This document shows positions 42,281 to 52,631 of a DNA stretch of 64,000 nucleotides, one piece after another. A program made the translations under genes and the position numbers. Every line of letters begins with the position of its first letter. The first letter of the stretch is position 1. The DNA comes from an uncultured Verrucomicrobiae bacterium. GTDB taxonomy: Bacteria > Verrucomicrobiota > Verrucomicrobiia > Chthoniobacterales > JAFAMB01. Below the pieces are notes generated by a model. It saw only the letters and a program-made list of their open reading frames with translations. It made no database searches and was not told the origin of the DNA. Location of the stretch: contig CAWEXO010000015.1 of the NCBI GenBank assembly GCA_963813025.1, positions 99,849 to 163,848 of the forward strand. The letters are read 5' to 3'.

Positions 42281-43449
42281 TTGTGAAAAAATTCCCTAAT
42301 CGTTTCGCTGATCAGCTCAAGTTCGTTCTTCGTCAGTTCAGGAAAAATCGGTAAAGCGAGACATTCCTTGGCCGCTCTTTCAGCGACCGGCAAATCGACT
42401 GGCCCGCGCAACAGTTCACTGAAGCAGGGCTGCTGATGGAGACACCAGGGATAGTAAATCTCAGTGCCAATACCGTGCCGCCCCAAAAACTCACGGAGCA
42501 CGTCTCGGGATTCGCACCGCACAACAAACTGATGATAGGTATGTCCACGCGAACCGCACTGGTCGAGGTAGGGTTCAGCCGGCAAAGTCAAGCCGGGCAA
42601 CTCCTGCAGACGTATTTTCAGAAACTGAGCGTTCTCCCAGCGTTTTCTCGACCAGGCAACAAGGAATGGCAGCTTATGGAGCAGCACAACCGCTTGAAGT
42701 TCATCCAATCGGAAATTACCTCCAATCACCGCATGGTGATAGCGCGGTTCCATGCCGTGATTTCGGAGAACCCGAATTTTTTGGGCCAGCTCCTCGTCTC
42801 GGCAGAGAGCCATCCCGGCATCGCCGAAGGCGCCGAGATTCTTGGTCGGATAAAAGCTATAAAAACCGGCCTCTCCCATCGTGCCGGCATACTGATTTCC
42901 GGGATATTCCGCGCCGATCGCTTGAGCGGCGTCTTCGATTAAGGTTAATTCGTAATCGCGACAGATTTCCCGGATCGCCTGCATCTCGCAGCACAAACCA
43001 AAAAGGTGCACTGGAACCACTGCTCGAACGGCCAGTCCTTCGCGGGTAACCAAGGCGCCGCGCGCAGTCCGTACACACGTGCATTCCAGGAGCTCGCGGA
43101 GTTTGACCGGATCCATGGTGTAAGTGTGCGGCTCGACATCGACAAACAGTGGCCTGGCCCCCAGGCGCACAATCGTGCTGGCCGTCGAAAAAAACGCAAA
43201 AGGCGTTGTGACGACGGCGTCGCCATGGCCGATTCCAAGCGCCATCATGATCGCCATTTGCGCATCAGTCCCGGACGACGTCCCGACCGCGAAACCACCG
43301 AACTTCTGCTCGACGGCCCTCTCCAGGGTCTTTCCCTGCTCGCCCAGAATGAATGACTGCCGGTCGCAGACCCTCGCCAGGTCAGCAAGAATTTCCTGGC
43401 GCAACGGTTGGAATTGCCGCTGCAGATCGAAGAAAGGAACTCTGGTCAC
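42277..43449 (-). CDS. DegT/DnrJ/EryC1/StrS family aminotransferase
   Basis: SSGTDA, IEDAAQAIG, SFYPTKNLGAFGDAG, NFRLDELQA. Confidence 0.93.
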   Translation of the reverse strand: MTRVPFFDLQRQFQPLRQEILADLARVCDRQSFILGEQGKTLERAVEQKFGGFAVGTSSGTDAQMAIMMALGIGHGDAVVTTPFAFFSTASTIVRLGARPLFVDVEPHTYTMDPVKLRELLECTCVRTARGALVTREGLAVRAVVPVHLFGLCCEMQAIREICRDYELTLIEDAAQAIGAEYPGNQYAGTMGEAGFYSFYPTKNLGAFGDAGMALCRDEELAQKIRVLRNHGMEPRYHHAVIGGNFRLDELQAVVLLHKLPFLVAWSRKRWENAQFLKIRLQELPGLTLPAEPYLDQCGSRGHTYHQFVVRCESRDVLREFLGRHGIGTEIYYPWCLHQQPCFSELLRGPVDLPVAERAAKECLALPIFPELTKNELELISETIREFFHN

Positions 43450-43614
43450 GCGTTCGACACTACCTCTGATTTCAAGTTGAACAGCGCAAACGGATCCCGC
43501 TCAGCTCTTCCGCGGAAATTCCATCCGTTAACACCTTGATTTTGCGTGACTTTGAAATGCGCCCGAATATTCTACGGCACACATTACGTCTATTTAGGAG
43601 AACATCAATCATCT

Positions 43615-44046
43615 ATGATCAAGCGTTTAGTTTTGACCCTGGGATTGGCTGCCGGACTGCCTGTTGCCGCGGTCCTGGCCGCGGATAACTCAGGACCCAT
43701 CGAGAATACCGGGCGCACTTTGGAGAAAGGGGCAACAAACACCGGGAAAACCATAGAGAAAGGCGCGAAAGCCACCGGCCGCACCATTAAGCACGGAGTC
43801 CAGGCCACCGAAAGAACTGTAAAAAAGGAAACGTCAGGCTCCAAACGCAGCTCAAGCAGACGAACACGCCATCACGCAAAGGCGAAGGCTTCACCTTCCC
43901 CAAGCCCTGGCGCAAGTCCCGCGCGTACTCCAGAGGCCACACCCAGCCCAGCCGCAACGCCTGTCTCTACTCCTACGCCTGAGCTGAGCACTCCGACTCC
44001 GGCCCCACCGGCTCCGGCAACGCCAACTCCGACACCCGGCGGATAG
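43615..44046 (+). CDS. Secreted hypothetical protein with Pro/Thr-rich tail
   Basis: AGGAGA RBS, signal peptide, 11-residue helical repeats, PTP tail. Confidence 0.65.
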   Translation: MIKRLVLTLGLAAGLPVAAVLAADNSGPIENTGRTLEKGATNTGKTIEKGAKATGRTIKHGVQATERTVKKETSGSKRSSSRRTRHHAKAKASPSPSPGASPARTPEATPSPAATPVSTPTPELSTPTPAPPAPATPTPTPGG

Positions 44047-44141
44047 TCACAGAGTCAAACTTGCATTTACGAGAGGATGGCTGGTTCTCAGCCATCCTTT
44101 GTGTTTGCGATTCTCCGACAGTTCGCTTCCGACCCGCTCTG

Positions 44142-44277
44142 GTAGGGCGATCCGCCTTGGCGGTACGAGCGCCAGGCGAGAACTTATTTGACGTGTCCGC
44201 CATAGCCTTGGCGAAGGCGGAGCCGTCTTCGACGTGGCAACTCCGACGTCCGGCTCGAATGAAATTCTCGCCCTACC
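44142..44277. repeat. GTAG-REP doublet interrupted by two micro-palindrome insertions
   Basis: Aligns to 24780-24853 once ~44151-44179 and ~44192-44221 are removed. Confidence 0.75.
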
Positions 44278-44292
44278 GCGCCGTTCAGCTGA

Positions 44293-45828
44293 CTACCCTT
44301 GTTCTACGATTTCGGCACGCAAATCGTAGACCTGCGTACCAGTGACCTGTACCCGGGCAAATTCACCGACGGTTGCCGGCCGCGCTAACAACACTCGGGT
44401 GTCCACCTCCGGCGCATCACCTTCCGTTCGAGCAATGAGCGGCTGTTCAACCAGTACCCGCAACTCTGCTCCCACTTTTTCCGCGGCAATCTCTGCCGCG
44501 ATCTTCTGCTGTAGCAGCATCGCTTCGCGATGACGCCTCCGCCGGATAGCGGGAGCGATCTGCCCGGACATTTTGCCAGCCCGGGATTCTTGTTCCTGGG
44601 AATAGGCAAATACTCCCAAACGCTCGAACCGCATCTTTTCGATAAACTCCAGCAAGGCCGTAAAATGTTCTTCGGTTTCGCCTGGGAATCCTACGATGAA
44701 GGTGGTCCGCAGTGTGAGATCAGGGATACCTGCCCGAAGCGCCGAAATCAGATCCTGAATGTGTTGCCGGGAAGTTTCGCGTCGCATCGCGGCCAGCATA
44801 TCCGGATGGATATGCTGAAGCGGCATATCAACGTATGGCACGATCTTCGCGCTTGCCGCGACCGCCCGAATCAGCTCAGCGCTCCAATGCGCCGGATGGG
44901 TATACAGGAGACGGACCCAGAAATCGCCTGGGATCTGCTCGATCTCCTCCAGCAGATTTACCAAGGTCGCGCCGCGCGAGGAATCAATAGGCTGCCTCGG
45001 GCCAGCTTTATGTTCCCAGAGGTCCATGCCGTAGTAGGTTGTGTCCTGGCTGATCAGATTAAACTCCTTCACGCCCTCCTGAACCAAGTGCCGGATCTCG
45101 TTGGTGACCGAGCTCAAAGAGCGGCTACGGTGCCGTCCCCGCATCTGCGGAATAACGCAGAAGCTGCACGGATGGTTACATCCTTCCGCAATTTTTACGT
45201 AGGCAAAGTGAGCAGGAGTGAGCCGAAAACGGGGCGTCGTATAGTCCGGGATATAACGCGATTTGGCGGTGACAAGGTTCAACGGCTCTGGTTGTTTCTG
45301 TACGGAGCGAACGAGTTGTTCAATAATTGCCCCGGCTTGCTCAACCTGATCCAGACCAAGAAACGCATCCACCTCCGGCAATTCCTGATTGAGCTCCGCA
45401 CCAAACCGCTGCGCCAAGCAGCCGGTCACCACCAGTTTCTGCTCGGGGCTATTTCGTAAGACGCGGTCTTGGTGCGCCTGCAGAATCGCTTCGATCGACT
45501 CTTCCTTGGCCGAGTCGATAAAGGCACAGGTATTCACGATGACAACATCGGCCGACTCCGCGTCGGCGGTCACATCCATCCCTTGGGCTCGGATACTGCC
45601 AAGCATCACCTCCGCGTCGACCAGGTTCTTGGCACAGCCTAGGCTCACCAAGCCGACCTTGATCGCTGAGTCAGACGGGCGCGCACCGCTCCCGGACTGC
45701 GCCGAAAGCCCTCCGTAATGCCCGTCTGGAGCCGAAGCCCCTGGCACGCTTGCGCGCTCTGCCCGTTGCAATAACGTCGGCGGACTCGCGCACTTCCTAA
45801 TCTGCTCTTCTTGGTGCAATCCGGCCAT
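44293..45828 (-). CDS. rimO: Ribosomal protein S12 methylthiotransferase
   Basis: SLGCAKNLVDAE, NTCAFI, CNHPCSFC, TRAM domain; start uncertain. Confidence 0.95.
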   Translation of the reverse strand: MAGLHQEEQIRKCASPPTLLQRAERASVPGASAPDGHYGGLSAQSGSGARPSDSAIKVGLVSLGCAKNLVDAEVMLGSIRAQGMDVTADAESADVVIVNTCAFIDSAKEESIEAILQAHQDRVLRNSPEQKLVVTGCLAQRFGAELNQELPEVDAFLGLDQVEQAGAIIEQLVRSVQKQPEPLNLVTAKSRYIPDYTTPRFRLTPAHFAYVKIAEGCNHPCSFCVIPQMRGRHRSRSLSSVTNEIRHLVQEGVKEFNLISQDTTYYGMDLWEHKAGPRQPIDSSRGATLVNLLEEIEQIPGDFWVRLLYTHPAHWSAELIRAVAASAKIVPYVDMPLQHIHPDMLAAMRRETSRQHIQDLISALRAGIPDLTLRTTFIVGFPGETEEHFTALLEFIEKMRFERLGVFAYSQEQESRAGKMSGQIAPAIRRRRHREAMLLQQKIAAEIAAEKVGAELRVLVEQPLIARTEGDAPEVDTRVLLARPATVGEFARVQVTGTQVYDLRAEIVEQG

Positions 45829-45831
45829 AAT

Positions 45832-46824
45832 TCAATCAATGACGACGCCATCGGCAGTCCCGAGAATGACCTGCCCATTACGCCGAACCTCGACCGCGCG
45901 TTTGTCTTGCACCTTCAACCAGAACCGTGAGCCCTCAAGGACGATGGGTTGGTTTTTCGGATTGGCAACCCCATCGAAAACTGGCTCTGAACCTTGCTCA
46001 TCTTTTGTAACGGTGATCCGCGTCGGTTTGAGTGCCCGGACCTCAAGCTTGGCAACCGCCGTCGGAGCGCTCTTCGAGTTCGTCGGAGATGAATTCGCAA
46101 CAGGCTTAGCCGGAGCAGAATCGCTCTGGACAGGCAGCGCTCGGCGCACGACAATGCCGTCTTCAATGCGTTGCGCGGGCGACGAAACCGGAGTCAACGC
46201 CGGACCGCCCGCGTCGGCCAGACCAGGCGTCGCCGTCGGGACGGACAAGGCCCGAGGCGCTTCATCGACGCGGCCAAGCACACCAGGGGACGCGGACCGT
46301 AACGTGTTCTGATTCTCCGGGCTTGCGGACGCAGCGCCCTGGTTAGAAGTCTGATCCGGGACGGTCAATACCGCCTGGTCGCTTTTTCGCAGACCAGAAA
46401 CGTACATCGCGAAATACGAAAAGAGGGGCACCCCCACCAGGAGCAGAAGGACCAAAACCGCAACGAGCAGTGGAGGAACCCGGAAGCCGCGAGGTCTTAG
46501 GCCGCGCGGTTCAGAAAGATACTTTGGCCGGGTGGTCGTGAGATACTGATAGTCGCGAAACGATATTGACCGGCTGACCTCGAAGCTTTCCAGCTCCTCT
46601 TGAACGTTTAACTCGAGAAATTTGGCGTACTTAGCCAAAAAACTTTTCGCATACGTGAGATTCGGAAAGTCCGCGTACTCGTCGGCTTCTAGGTCGACAA
46701 GCCGTTCTGGCCGAATCTTTGTCGCCTCGGCTGCTTGATCGATCGTGATTTGGCGATTCAGCCGCTCCTTCTGAAGTCTCTTTCCAACTGTCTCCACCAT
46801 GGTTTGCCGCTTGCTCAGGAACAA
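45832..46824 (-). CDS. RodZ-like HTH membrane protein
   Basis: N-terminal HTH (VGKRLQKER...AEATKIR...YAKFL), one TM segment; located between ftsK and rimO. Confidence 0.8.
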   Translation of the reverse strand: MFLSKRQTMVETVGKRLQKERLNRQITIDQAAEATKIRPERLVDLEADEYADFPNLTYAKSFLAKYAKFLELNVQEELESFEVSRSISFRDYQYLTTTRPKYLSEPRGLRPRGFRVPPLLVAVLVLLLLVGVPLFSYFAMYVSGLRKSDQAVLTVPDQTSNQGAASASPENQNTLRSASPGVLGRVDEAPRALSVPTATPGLADAGGPALTPVSSPAQRIEDGIVVRRALPVQSDSAPAKPVANSSPTNSKSAPTAVAKLEVRALKPTRITVTKDEQGSEPVFDGVANPKNQPIVLEGSRFWLKVQDKRAVEVRRNGQVILGTADGVVID

Positions 46825-46866
46825 CTATGCACCACAATCCTGCGCTTCGCATTTGGGCAGAAGGCG

Positions 46867-49251
46867 CTACACCAGCGCGTCGAGGTTTACTAATATCTCG
46901 CGCGGTTTCGCACCTTCACCGGGGCCCAAAATGCCCCGGCGTTCGAGGATGTCAACTACGCGCGCAGCTCTGGTGTAACCGAGTCGAAGCCGTCTTTGCA
47001 GCATCGAGGTGGAAGCCTTCTTTTCCTGCCGAATAATCTCGAGACACTTCTCCACGAGTTCCTCGTCCTCTTCGCTCACCGCCGCATCGGTAGTCGCGGA
47101 GGTCTCGAGCTGGTTCTGAATGGCCGGATCGAAAATCGGCTGGCCCTGGCCGGCCACAAAATCGACTAACTCGCGGATCTCGTCATCAGTGACCAGCACG
47201 CCCTGCGAGCGGATCAAACGCGACGTACCGGGCGGTCGATAAAACATGTCACCTTGTCCCAACAACCGTTCAGCGCCGTTTTCGTCCAGAATCACTCTGC
47301 TATCGAGCGCCGACGCTACTTGAAAAGCAATCCGCGTAGGAATGTTCGCTTTGATCACACCGGTAATCACATCGGCTCGCGGAGTTTGCGTCGCTACGAG
47401 CATGTGAATCCCCGCCGCCCGCGCCATCTGAGTTATCCGCGCGATGGCGCTTTCCACGTCGGCCGGTGCTGTCTGCATCAGATCGGCCAATTCATCGATG
47501 ATCACTACGATATAGGGCATCTTCGCCGGAATAGGCAGATCGTCCTGGCGCGGCACACGGATCGACTCCGCACCGGCGACGTTCTCAGACTCGGGCGAGA
47601 ACGCCGCTCTCCCCTGCTGACCCGTCTCGTCGAGCTCTTTTTGCGACTTCGGCTTTGGCCTGGCGTTAAATCCGTTGAAATTGCGGACCCCGGCCTTGGC
47701 AAAGATTGCGTACCGATTCTGCATCTCATTGATCACCCAGCGCAAAGCCAGCAAGACCTTTTTCGGGTCGGTGACCACCGGCATGACCAGATGCGGCAGG
47801 TTATTGTAGATCTGCATCTCAACCACCTTTGGGTCGATCATGACAAAGCGCAGGTCTTCCGGTGGAAACCGGAACAGGATGCTGGCGATAACCGCGTTGA
47901 TACAAACGCTTTTGCCGCTGCCGGTGGTTCCCGCCACCAGGCAATGGGGCATCTGTGCCAGGTCGCCTAAAATGATCTGCCCGTAAACATCCTTGCCTAA
48001 AACTATGGGGATTCGACTTCGCGTCTGGTTCCATTCGTCGGACTCAAGGATTTCCCGCAGAACCACCTTGACCTTGCGCGAATTAGCGATCTCGATGCCG
48101 ACCGTATCTTTGCCGGGGATTGGCGCCAGAATATTGATCCGCTCGGCTCGCGTGGCTCTCGCCAGATCTCGTTCCAGACTTGAGATTTTGTCGACCCGCA
48201 CTCCGCGGGCGGGATACACCTCGTAGCGAGTGATAGTTGGACCTCGCGTGATGTCTCCGGGGCTGGCCTCAATGTTGAATTGCTTCAGCGTATCAATCAG
48301 AATGCCTTGCGTCTGCTTCAGCTCATTCGGATCAGCCATTTTTCGCCCTTCCAGATCGAGAGGAGCGAGTAGATCGAGCGTGGGCAGTTGATAGTTCTCG
48401 ATCAGTGCTTCAGTCAGGTGTCCAAGCTCTTTCTTTTCGCGACTTTCCGACTCTTTTACCCGGTTGGGCAACGAAGCCGAAGCATCGATGATTTTTGGCT
48501 CCGGATAATTATTACCCGATTCTCCGGCGTGCTCGCCGGGCGCCACTCCGCGCTTCTGGAGTTCTTTTTCCTGGCGTCGAATTTCTTTTTCGATCCGCTT
48601 CTTGTTTGCCTCTAGCCGGCCGCGCTCGTCCACGGCCTCGAGACGCCGCCTCTGGCTCGCCGCCACCATACGCTCGAGTGAATTCCGCAAGAACTCGGCG
48701 GTTCGTTTAACCAGATAAACCGGCCGAATGCCGGTCAACCAGATGAGACTCACCAGGTAAACAACAGAAAGGACGATGAGCGAGCCAATCTGGCCAAGCG
48801 CATTTTGCAGAAGCACTCCCCCGATCCAGTAACCCACCCAGCCGCCCGGTCCGAGAACATTGAACTCTCGCTTCCAGGAGTGCAAAAACCAGTTCTGAAG
48901 ATGCGCCGCCGAAGCGCCGCTCACGACGAAAACAAAGACCCAGGGGACACGCCGCGCGACTCGAAAACCGGGAAGAAAAAGCTTCGCCCCGCCAAAACCG
49001 AGAAAAATGATCGTAACCAGATATGCAGCAGCGCCCAAAACCAGATACAAAAAACCGGCCAGGATGGCGCCGGTGGGTCCGATGAAATTTTGCGCCGGAT
49101 TGTTAGGAGGACTGATGTAGCTAAACCAGACCCAGGAAGGCACATCCTTCGGCGTATAAGAAATCAGAGCAAGAAACAGAACTGTTCCAATTCCGATACA
49201 AACTAAGCCCAACACTTCGTTCCAAGAGTTCTGTTTTCTCCGCAACGGCAT
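46867..49251 (-). CDS. ftsK: DNA translocase FtsK
   Basis: N-terminal TMs, AGTTGSGKS, IDELADLM, QRRLRLGYTRAAR gamma domain. Confidence 0.97.
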   Translation of the reverse strand: MPLRRKQNSWNEVLGLVCIGIGTVLFLALISYTPKDVPSWVWFSYISPPNNPAQNFIGPTGAILAGFLYLVLGAAAYLVTIIFLGFGGAKLFLPGFRVARRVPWVFVFVVSGASAAHLQNWFLHSWKREFNVLGPGGWVGYWIGGVLLQNALGQIGSLIVLSVVYLVSLIWLTGIRPVYLVKRTAEFLRNSLERMVAASQRRRLEAVDERGRLEANKKRIEKEIRRQEKELQKRGVAPGEHAGESGNNYPEPKIIDASASLPNRVKESESREKKELGHLTEALIENYQLPTLDLLAPLDLEGRKMADPNELKQTQGILIDTLKQFNIEASPGDITRGPTITRYEVYPARGVRVDKISSLERDLARATRAERINILAPIPGKDTVGIEIANSRKVKVVLREILESDEWNQTRSRIPIVLGKDVYGQIILGDLAQMPHCLVAGTTGSGKSVCINAVIASILFRFPPEDLRFVMIDPKVVEMQIYNNLPHLVMPVVTDPKKVLLALRWVINEMQNRYAIFAKAGVRNFNGFNARPKPKSQKELDETGQQGRAAFSPESENVAGAESIRVPRQDDLPIPAKMPYIVVIIDELADLMQTAPADVESAIARITQMARAAGIHMLVATQTPRADVITGVIKANIPTRIAFQVASALDSRVILDENGAERLLGQGDMFYRPPGTSRLIRSQGVLVTDDEIRELVDFVAGQGQPIFDPAIQNQLETSATTDAAVSEEDEELVEKCLEIIRQEKKASTSMLQRRLRLGYTRAARVVDILERRGILGPGEGAKPREILVNLDALV

Positions 49252-49308
49252 CGCGAGCAGTGTAAACACTCGGTTTCTCGATGCAATCCTGTTTACAGGT
49301 TCGCTTGC

Positions 49309-49543
49309 GGAGTTCAGGGGAGTTCAAGGGGTTCGAGGGGTTGGCGCGCCGGACGAGCTGAAAAGAGAATACGAGCGTGCTCTCTTTGCACTGATGCATG
49401 GGTAAAACCGGACTGCGTATCGCAAGGCCCTCCGATCACGGCTTCCCGGGCTGTTAAGCCCCGAGATGCACGTTTCCGTAGCGCCATTTTGGGTTCGCAA
49501 CTTCCCTGAACTTCCTCGAACTTCCTCGAACTCCTTAAACCCA
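49309..49543. repeat. Gene-less inward-facing GGAGTTCAR / YGAACTTCC arrays
   Basis: 49309-49342 and 49498-49543; same unit family as 28896-29516. Confidence 0.8.
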
Positions 49544-49550
49544 CCATCTT

Positions 49551-50501
49551 ATGCTTGAGCCATGCCTGACTTTTAACCCGATCTATCAATCGCGTGTCTG
49601 GGGTGGGCGTGAAATCTCCCGGATCTTTCATCGGGACCTGCCCGGCACCAAGTCGATCGGCGAATCCTGGGAGCTGGTCGACCGTCCAGAGGCTCAGAGC
49701 ATCGTCAACGCCGGCGCCTTCTGGGGCCGCACGCTTCATGAGCTCTGGGCCAATCATCGCACCGACATCTTCGGCGAAGACCTGCGGGCCGCCCGATTCC
49801 CGCTCCTGTTTAAGATCCTGGATGCCGCCGATGTGCTGTCCATCCAGGTTCATCCGCCAATATCTGTCGCCGAGCGACTCAACGGAGAACCGAAAACCGA
49901 GATGTGGTACTTTGTGGCCACTCATCCAGGAGCCGCGATTTATGCCGGGCTCCAGCCCGGGATTACGCGAGAAACCTTTCGACAAGCGCTCCAGGAAGGA
50001 ACGGTGCCGCGCTTGCTGCACCGCCTTGCTACCAACTCAGGACATTACATTCTGATTCCGAGCGGGCGTCTCCATGCCATCGACGCCGGGAACGTCATCT
50101 TTGAAATTCAACAGAACAGCGACACCACCTATCGCGTCTTTGACTGGAATCGCACCGGCAGCGATGGCCGGATGCGTGACCTTCATATTGAGGAGTCCCT
50201 GCAATCGATTGACTTTAACGATTTCGCACCAACCCTCAGCCCGGTTCGCGAAGAGCTGCTCGTCCAGTGCGAACATTTTCGGGTTGAATGCTGGGATCTC
50301 GCAACGAAGCGACCGGCCCAGGACGACCATCGTTTCGCGGTGTTCCAGTGTGTTTGCGGCCGTCTATTATTGGGCGATCGCTCCTTTCAGCCGGGTGATC
50401 TGTTCCTCGTTCCGGCGTCCGCGGGGGCGCCGATGCTCGAACCAGTGGAGAACGGCACGCGAGTATTGAAGACCACTCTGGCAGAGACCGGTCTCCTCTA
50501 G
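49551..50501 (+). CDS. manA: Mannose-6-phosphate isomerase, class I
   Basis: WGG, GESWE, FPLLFKILDA..LSIQVHP, KTEMWY, EIQQNSDTTYR. Confidence 0.92.
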   Translation: MLEPCLTFNPIYQSRVWGGREISRIFHRDLPGTKSIGESWELVDRPEAQSIVNAGAFWGRTLHELWANHRTDIFGEDLRAARFPLLFKILDAADVLSIQVHPPISVAERLNGEPKTEMWYFVATHPGAAIYAGLQPGITRETFRQALQEGTVPRLLHRLATNSGHYILIPSGRLHAIDAGNVIFEIQQNSDTTYRVFDWNRTGSDGRMRDLHIEESLQSIDFNDFAPTLSPVREELLVQCEHFRVECWDLATKRPAQDDHRFAVFQCVCGRLLLGDRSFQPGDLFLVPASAGAPMLEPVENGTRVLKTTLAETGLL

Positions 50502-50718
50502 ATCCTTGACACACCCCCTGGCCTGGTTACATGGCGTCGGAGGCTCAGGCAATTGATTCCCAGTCGTCCACCGTTTTTTGCAGACGCGACAGCTTCGAAA
50601 GCGGCTCGGATTTAAGTCTATGCACACCTTTCTCCGGGGCAAAGATCCGGATAAAGTATCCCGACCTCGCACTTGCAGTTTTCCTGAAATTCAGCGTTCC
50701 TGCTTCATGGAGACGCGC

Positions 50719-51576
50719 ATGATTTCTCAACAAGTCTTTGGACGGACGGGGCACAAAAGCACAAGGACGGTATTTGGGGCGGCGAGTTTGGCGAAGGTCA
50801 CTCAGGATGAGGCCGACCAGGTGCTGGAGCTGCTCCTGCGTTACGGCGTGAATCATATCGATGTGGCTGCCAGCTATGGGGAGGCTGAGCTTCGCATCGC
50901 ACCTTGGCTCCGGGCCCATCCTGGGCATTTCTTCGTGGCCACAAAGACGGGCGGCCGTACTTATGATGACGCTAAGAGGGACATCCACCGCTCGCTTGAG
51001 CGGATGGGGCTGGAGCGGTTCGATCTAATCCAACTCCATAATCTGGCTGATCCGATCGAATGGGATGTCGCTCTCAGTCCGGGAGGTGCGCTTGAGGCCT
51101 GTCTTGAGGCGCGAGAGCAAGGACTTGTGCGCTTCATTGGCGTTACCGGTCACGGCTCACAGATCGCCGCGACCCATGTGCGGAGTCTGGAGCGTTTTGA
51201 TTTCGATAGTGTCTTGCTCCCGTACAGCTACATCATGATGCAAGATCCGCACTATGCGGCTGAATTTGAACGAGTGCAGGCGGTATGTCGCGAGCGGAAA
51301 ACCGCGGTGGTAACCATCAAGTCCATTGCGCGCCGGCCGTGGTGGGGCCGCGAACGCACCGCCGCGACCTGGTATGAACCGGTCCAGCAGCAGACTGAGA
51401 TCGATGCCGCTATCCACTGGGCACTGGCTCGGCCGCAAATCTTTCTGGCGACAGTCGGTGATATCCGGGTTCTTCCAAAGGTGCTCGACGCGGCGAGCCG
51501 TTTCACAGTGGCGCCGGATGAGGAAACGATGCGCCGTCAGAAAGACCATCTCGAGATGGTCCCACTGTTTGTTTAA
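50719..51576 (+). CDS. Aldo/keto reductase
   Basis: [24 protein letters not shown]...[14 protein letters not shown]. Confidence 0.9.
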   Translation: MISQQVFGRTGHKSTRTVFGAASLAKVTQDEADQVLELLLRYGVNHIDVAASYGEAELRIAPWLRAHPGHFFVATKTGGRTYDDAKRDIHRSLERMGLERFDLIQLHNLADPIEWDVALSPGGALEACLEAREQGLVRFIGVTGHGSQIAATHVRSLERFDFDSVLLPYSYIMMQDPHYAAEFERVQAVCRERKTAVVTIKSIARRPWWGRERTAATWYEPVQQQTEIDAAIHWALARPQIFLATVGDIRVLPKVLDAASRFTVAPDEETMRRQKDHLEMVPLFV

Positions 51577-51620
51577 GGACGCCCGCCGCTGCTGAACTCC
51601 AAAAAGAATCGCCCCTTCTT

Positions 51621-51670
51621 AGACCTATAGAACCTACAGGACCTATAGGTCCCGTAGCCTCTGGGACTCC
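51621..51670. repeat. Degenerate 9-mer array (gacctatag-like), partly palindromic
   Basis: agacctatagaacctacaggacctataggtcccgtag; related to units at 18180-18229. Confidence 0.6.
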
Positions 51671-51765
51671 GGAGTATCCCCCGGGATACAGTCCTTCTGG
51701 CTCTTCGGGCCTGGAATAAAACGTCGCCGGAAGGGGTCTGTTTCGTTTGGAGGCGTAGGCCAATT

Positions 51766-52299
51766 ATGTCGATGTTTGGTACTTTTTCTGTCGCGGCGCT
51801 GGCGGCTCTTTTACCGATTTCAGCGCAAGTAGCCACCGGTCACACTATGGGAGGCGGTCCTGGAGCAAACACCGGATTCTCAATGGCTCACGGATCTTTT
51901 CATCAAGCGCCATTTCATGACCATCGCTCTTTTGATCATCACCGTTTCTTTTTTCGGCATCGTCGCCCAATCTTCGTCGATTTCGACTTTGTCGCTTTTG
52001 GTCTGCCTTGGTGGTACCCGGAGTATTATTATTATGGATACCCAGCCGACTATGGATACGCCGACTCCGACTCTGGACCGGACCCGGACTACCATTATTG
52101 GAACGATCTGGCCGTATCGGTCCAAACGGCACTCGTTCGCCGTGGATACTATCGTGGCCCGATCAGCGGAGTTGTGAGCCCGAGTGGCCGCGAAGCAATC
52201 CGCGCATTTCAAGCAGCGGAGGGACTGCCGGTCACCGGAGTGATTGACCCCAAGCTGTTGAATGCTCTCGGCATCCCTTACCGGAGATCTCAAGGCTAA
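51766..52299 (+). CDS. Peptidoglycan-binding domain protein
   Basis: VQTALVRRGYYRGPISG...AIRAFQAAEGLPVTG. Confidence 0.8.
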   Translation: MSMFGTFSVAALAALLPISAQVATGHTMGGGPGANTGFSMAHGSFHQAPFHDHRSFDHHRFFFRHRRPIFVDFDFVAFGLPWWYPEYYYYGYPADYGYADSDSGPDPDYHYWNDLAVSVQTALVRRGYYRGPISGVVSPSGREAIRAFQAAEGLPVTGVIDPKLLNALGIPYRRSQG

Positions 52300-52337
52300 T
52301 CGCGAGCAATGCGCCGGTTTGCTTTCGTAAGTACGTT

Positions 52338-52631
52338 CTACGGGAGGAAACCGGGATCCCTTCGGCCCTCCGGAGACCGGATACAATTGATGAGCAATAC
52401 CGGCACGCCGTTGGTGTAATGCCGATCGCGGCCGGCCGGAGATAATGTTGGATTCTCCCCGATGATCGTCAGTCGGGGAGGTGAGATTGGCGGCTGGAAC
52501 ACGGTTATTTCCTCTTCCGGCCCCGCTTGCGCTGAGATACCCGAACCCAATAGCGCGAGTATTAGGTTCAACGGCCACAAAGCTCCGTTTTGAACGCTGT
52601 TCCGCAAAAAAGTCCTTTTGTCGAAAATCAA
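52338..52631 (-). CDS. Hypothetical small protein
   Basis: ATG overlaps the ROK stop codon; hydrophobic segment; no recognisable motif. Confidence 0.35.
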   Translation of the reverse strand: MIFDKRTFLRNSVQNGALWPLNLILALLGSGISAQAGPEEEITVFQPPISPPRLTIIGENPTLSPAGRDRHYTNGVPVLLINCIRSPEGRRDPGFLP

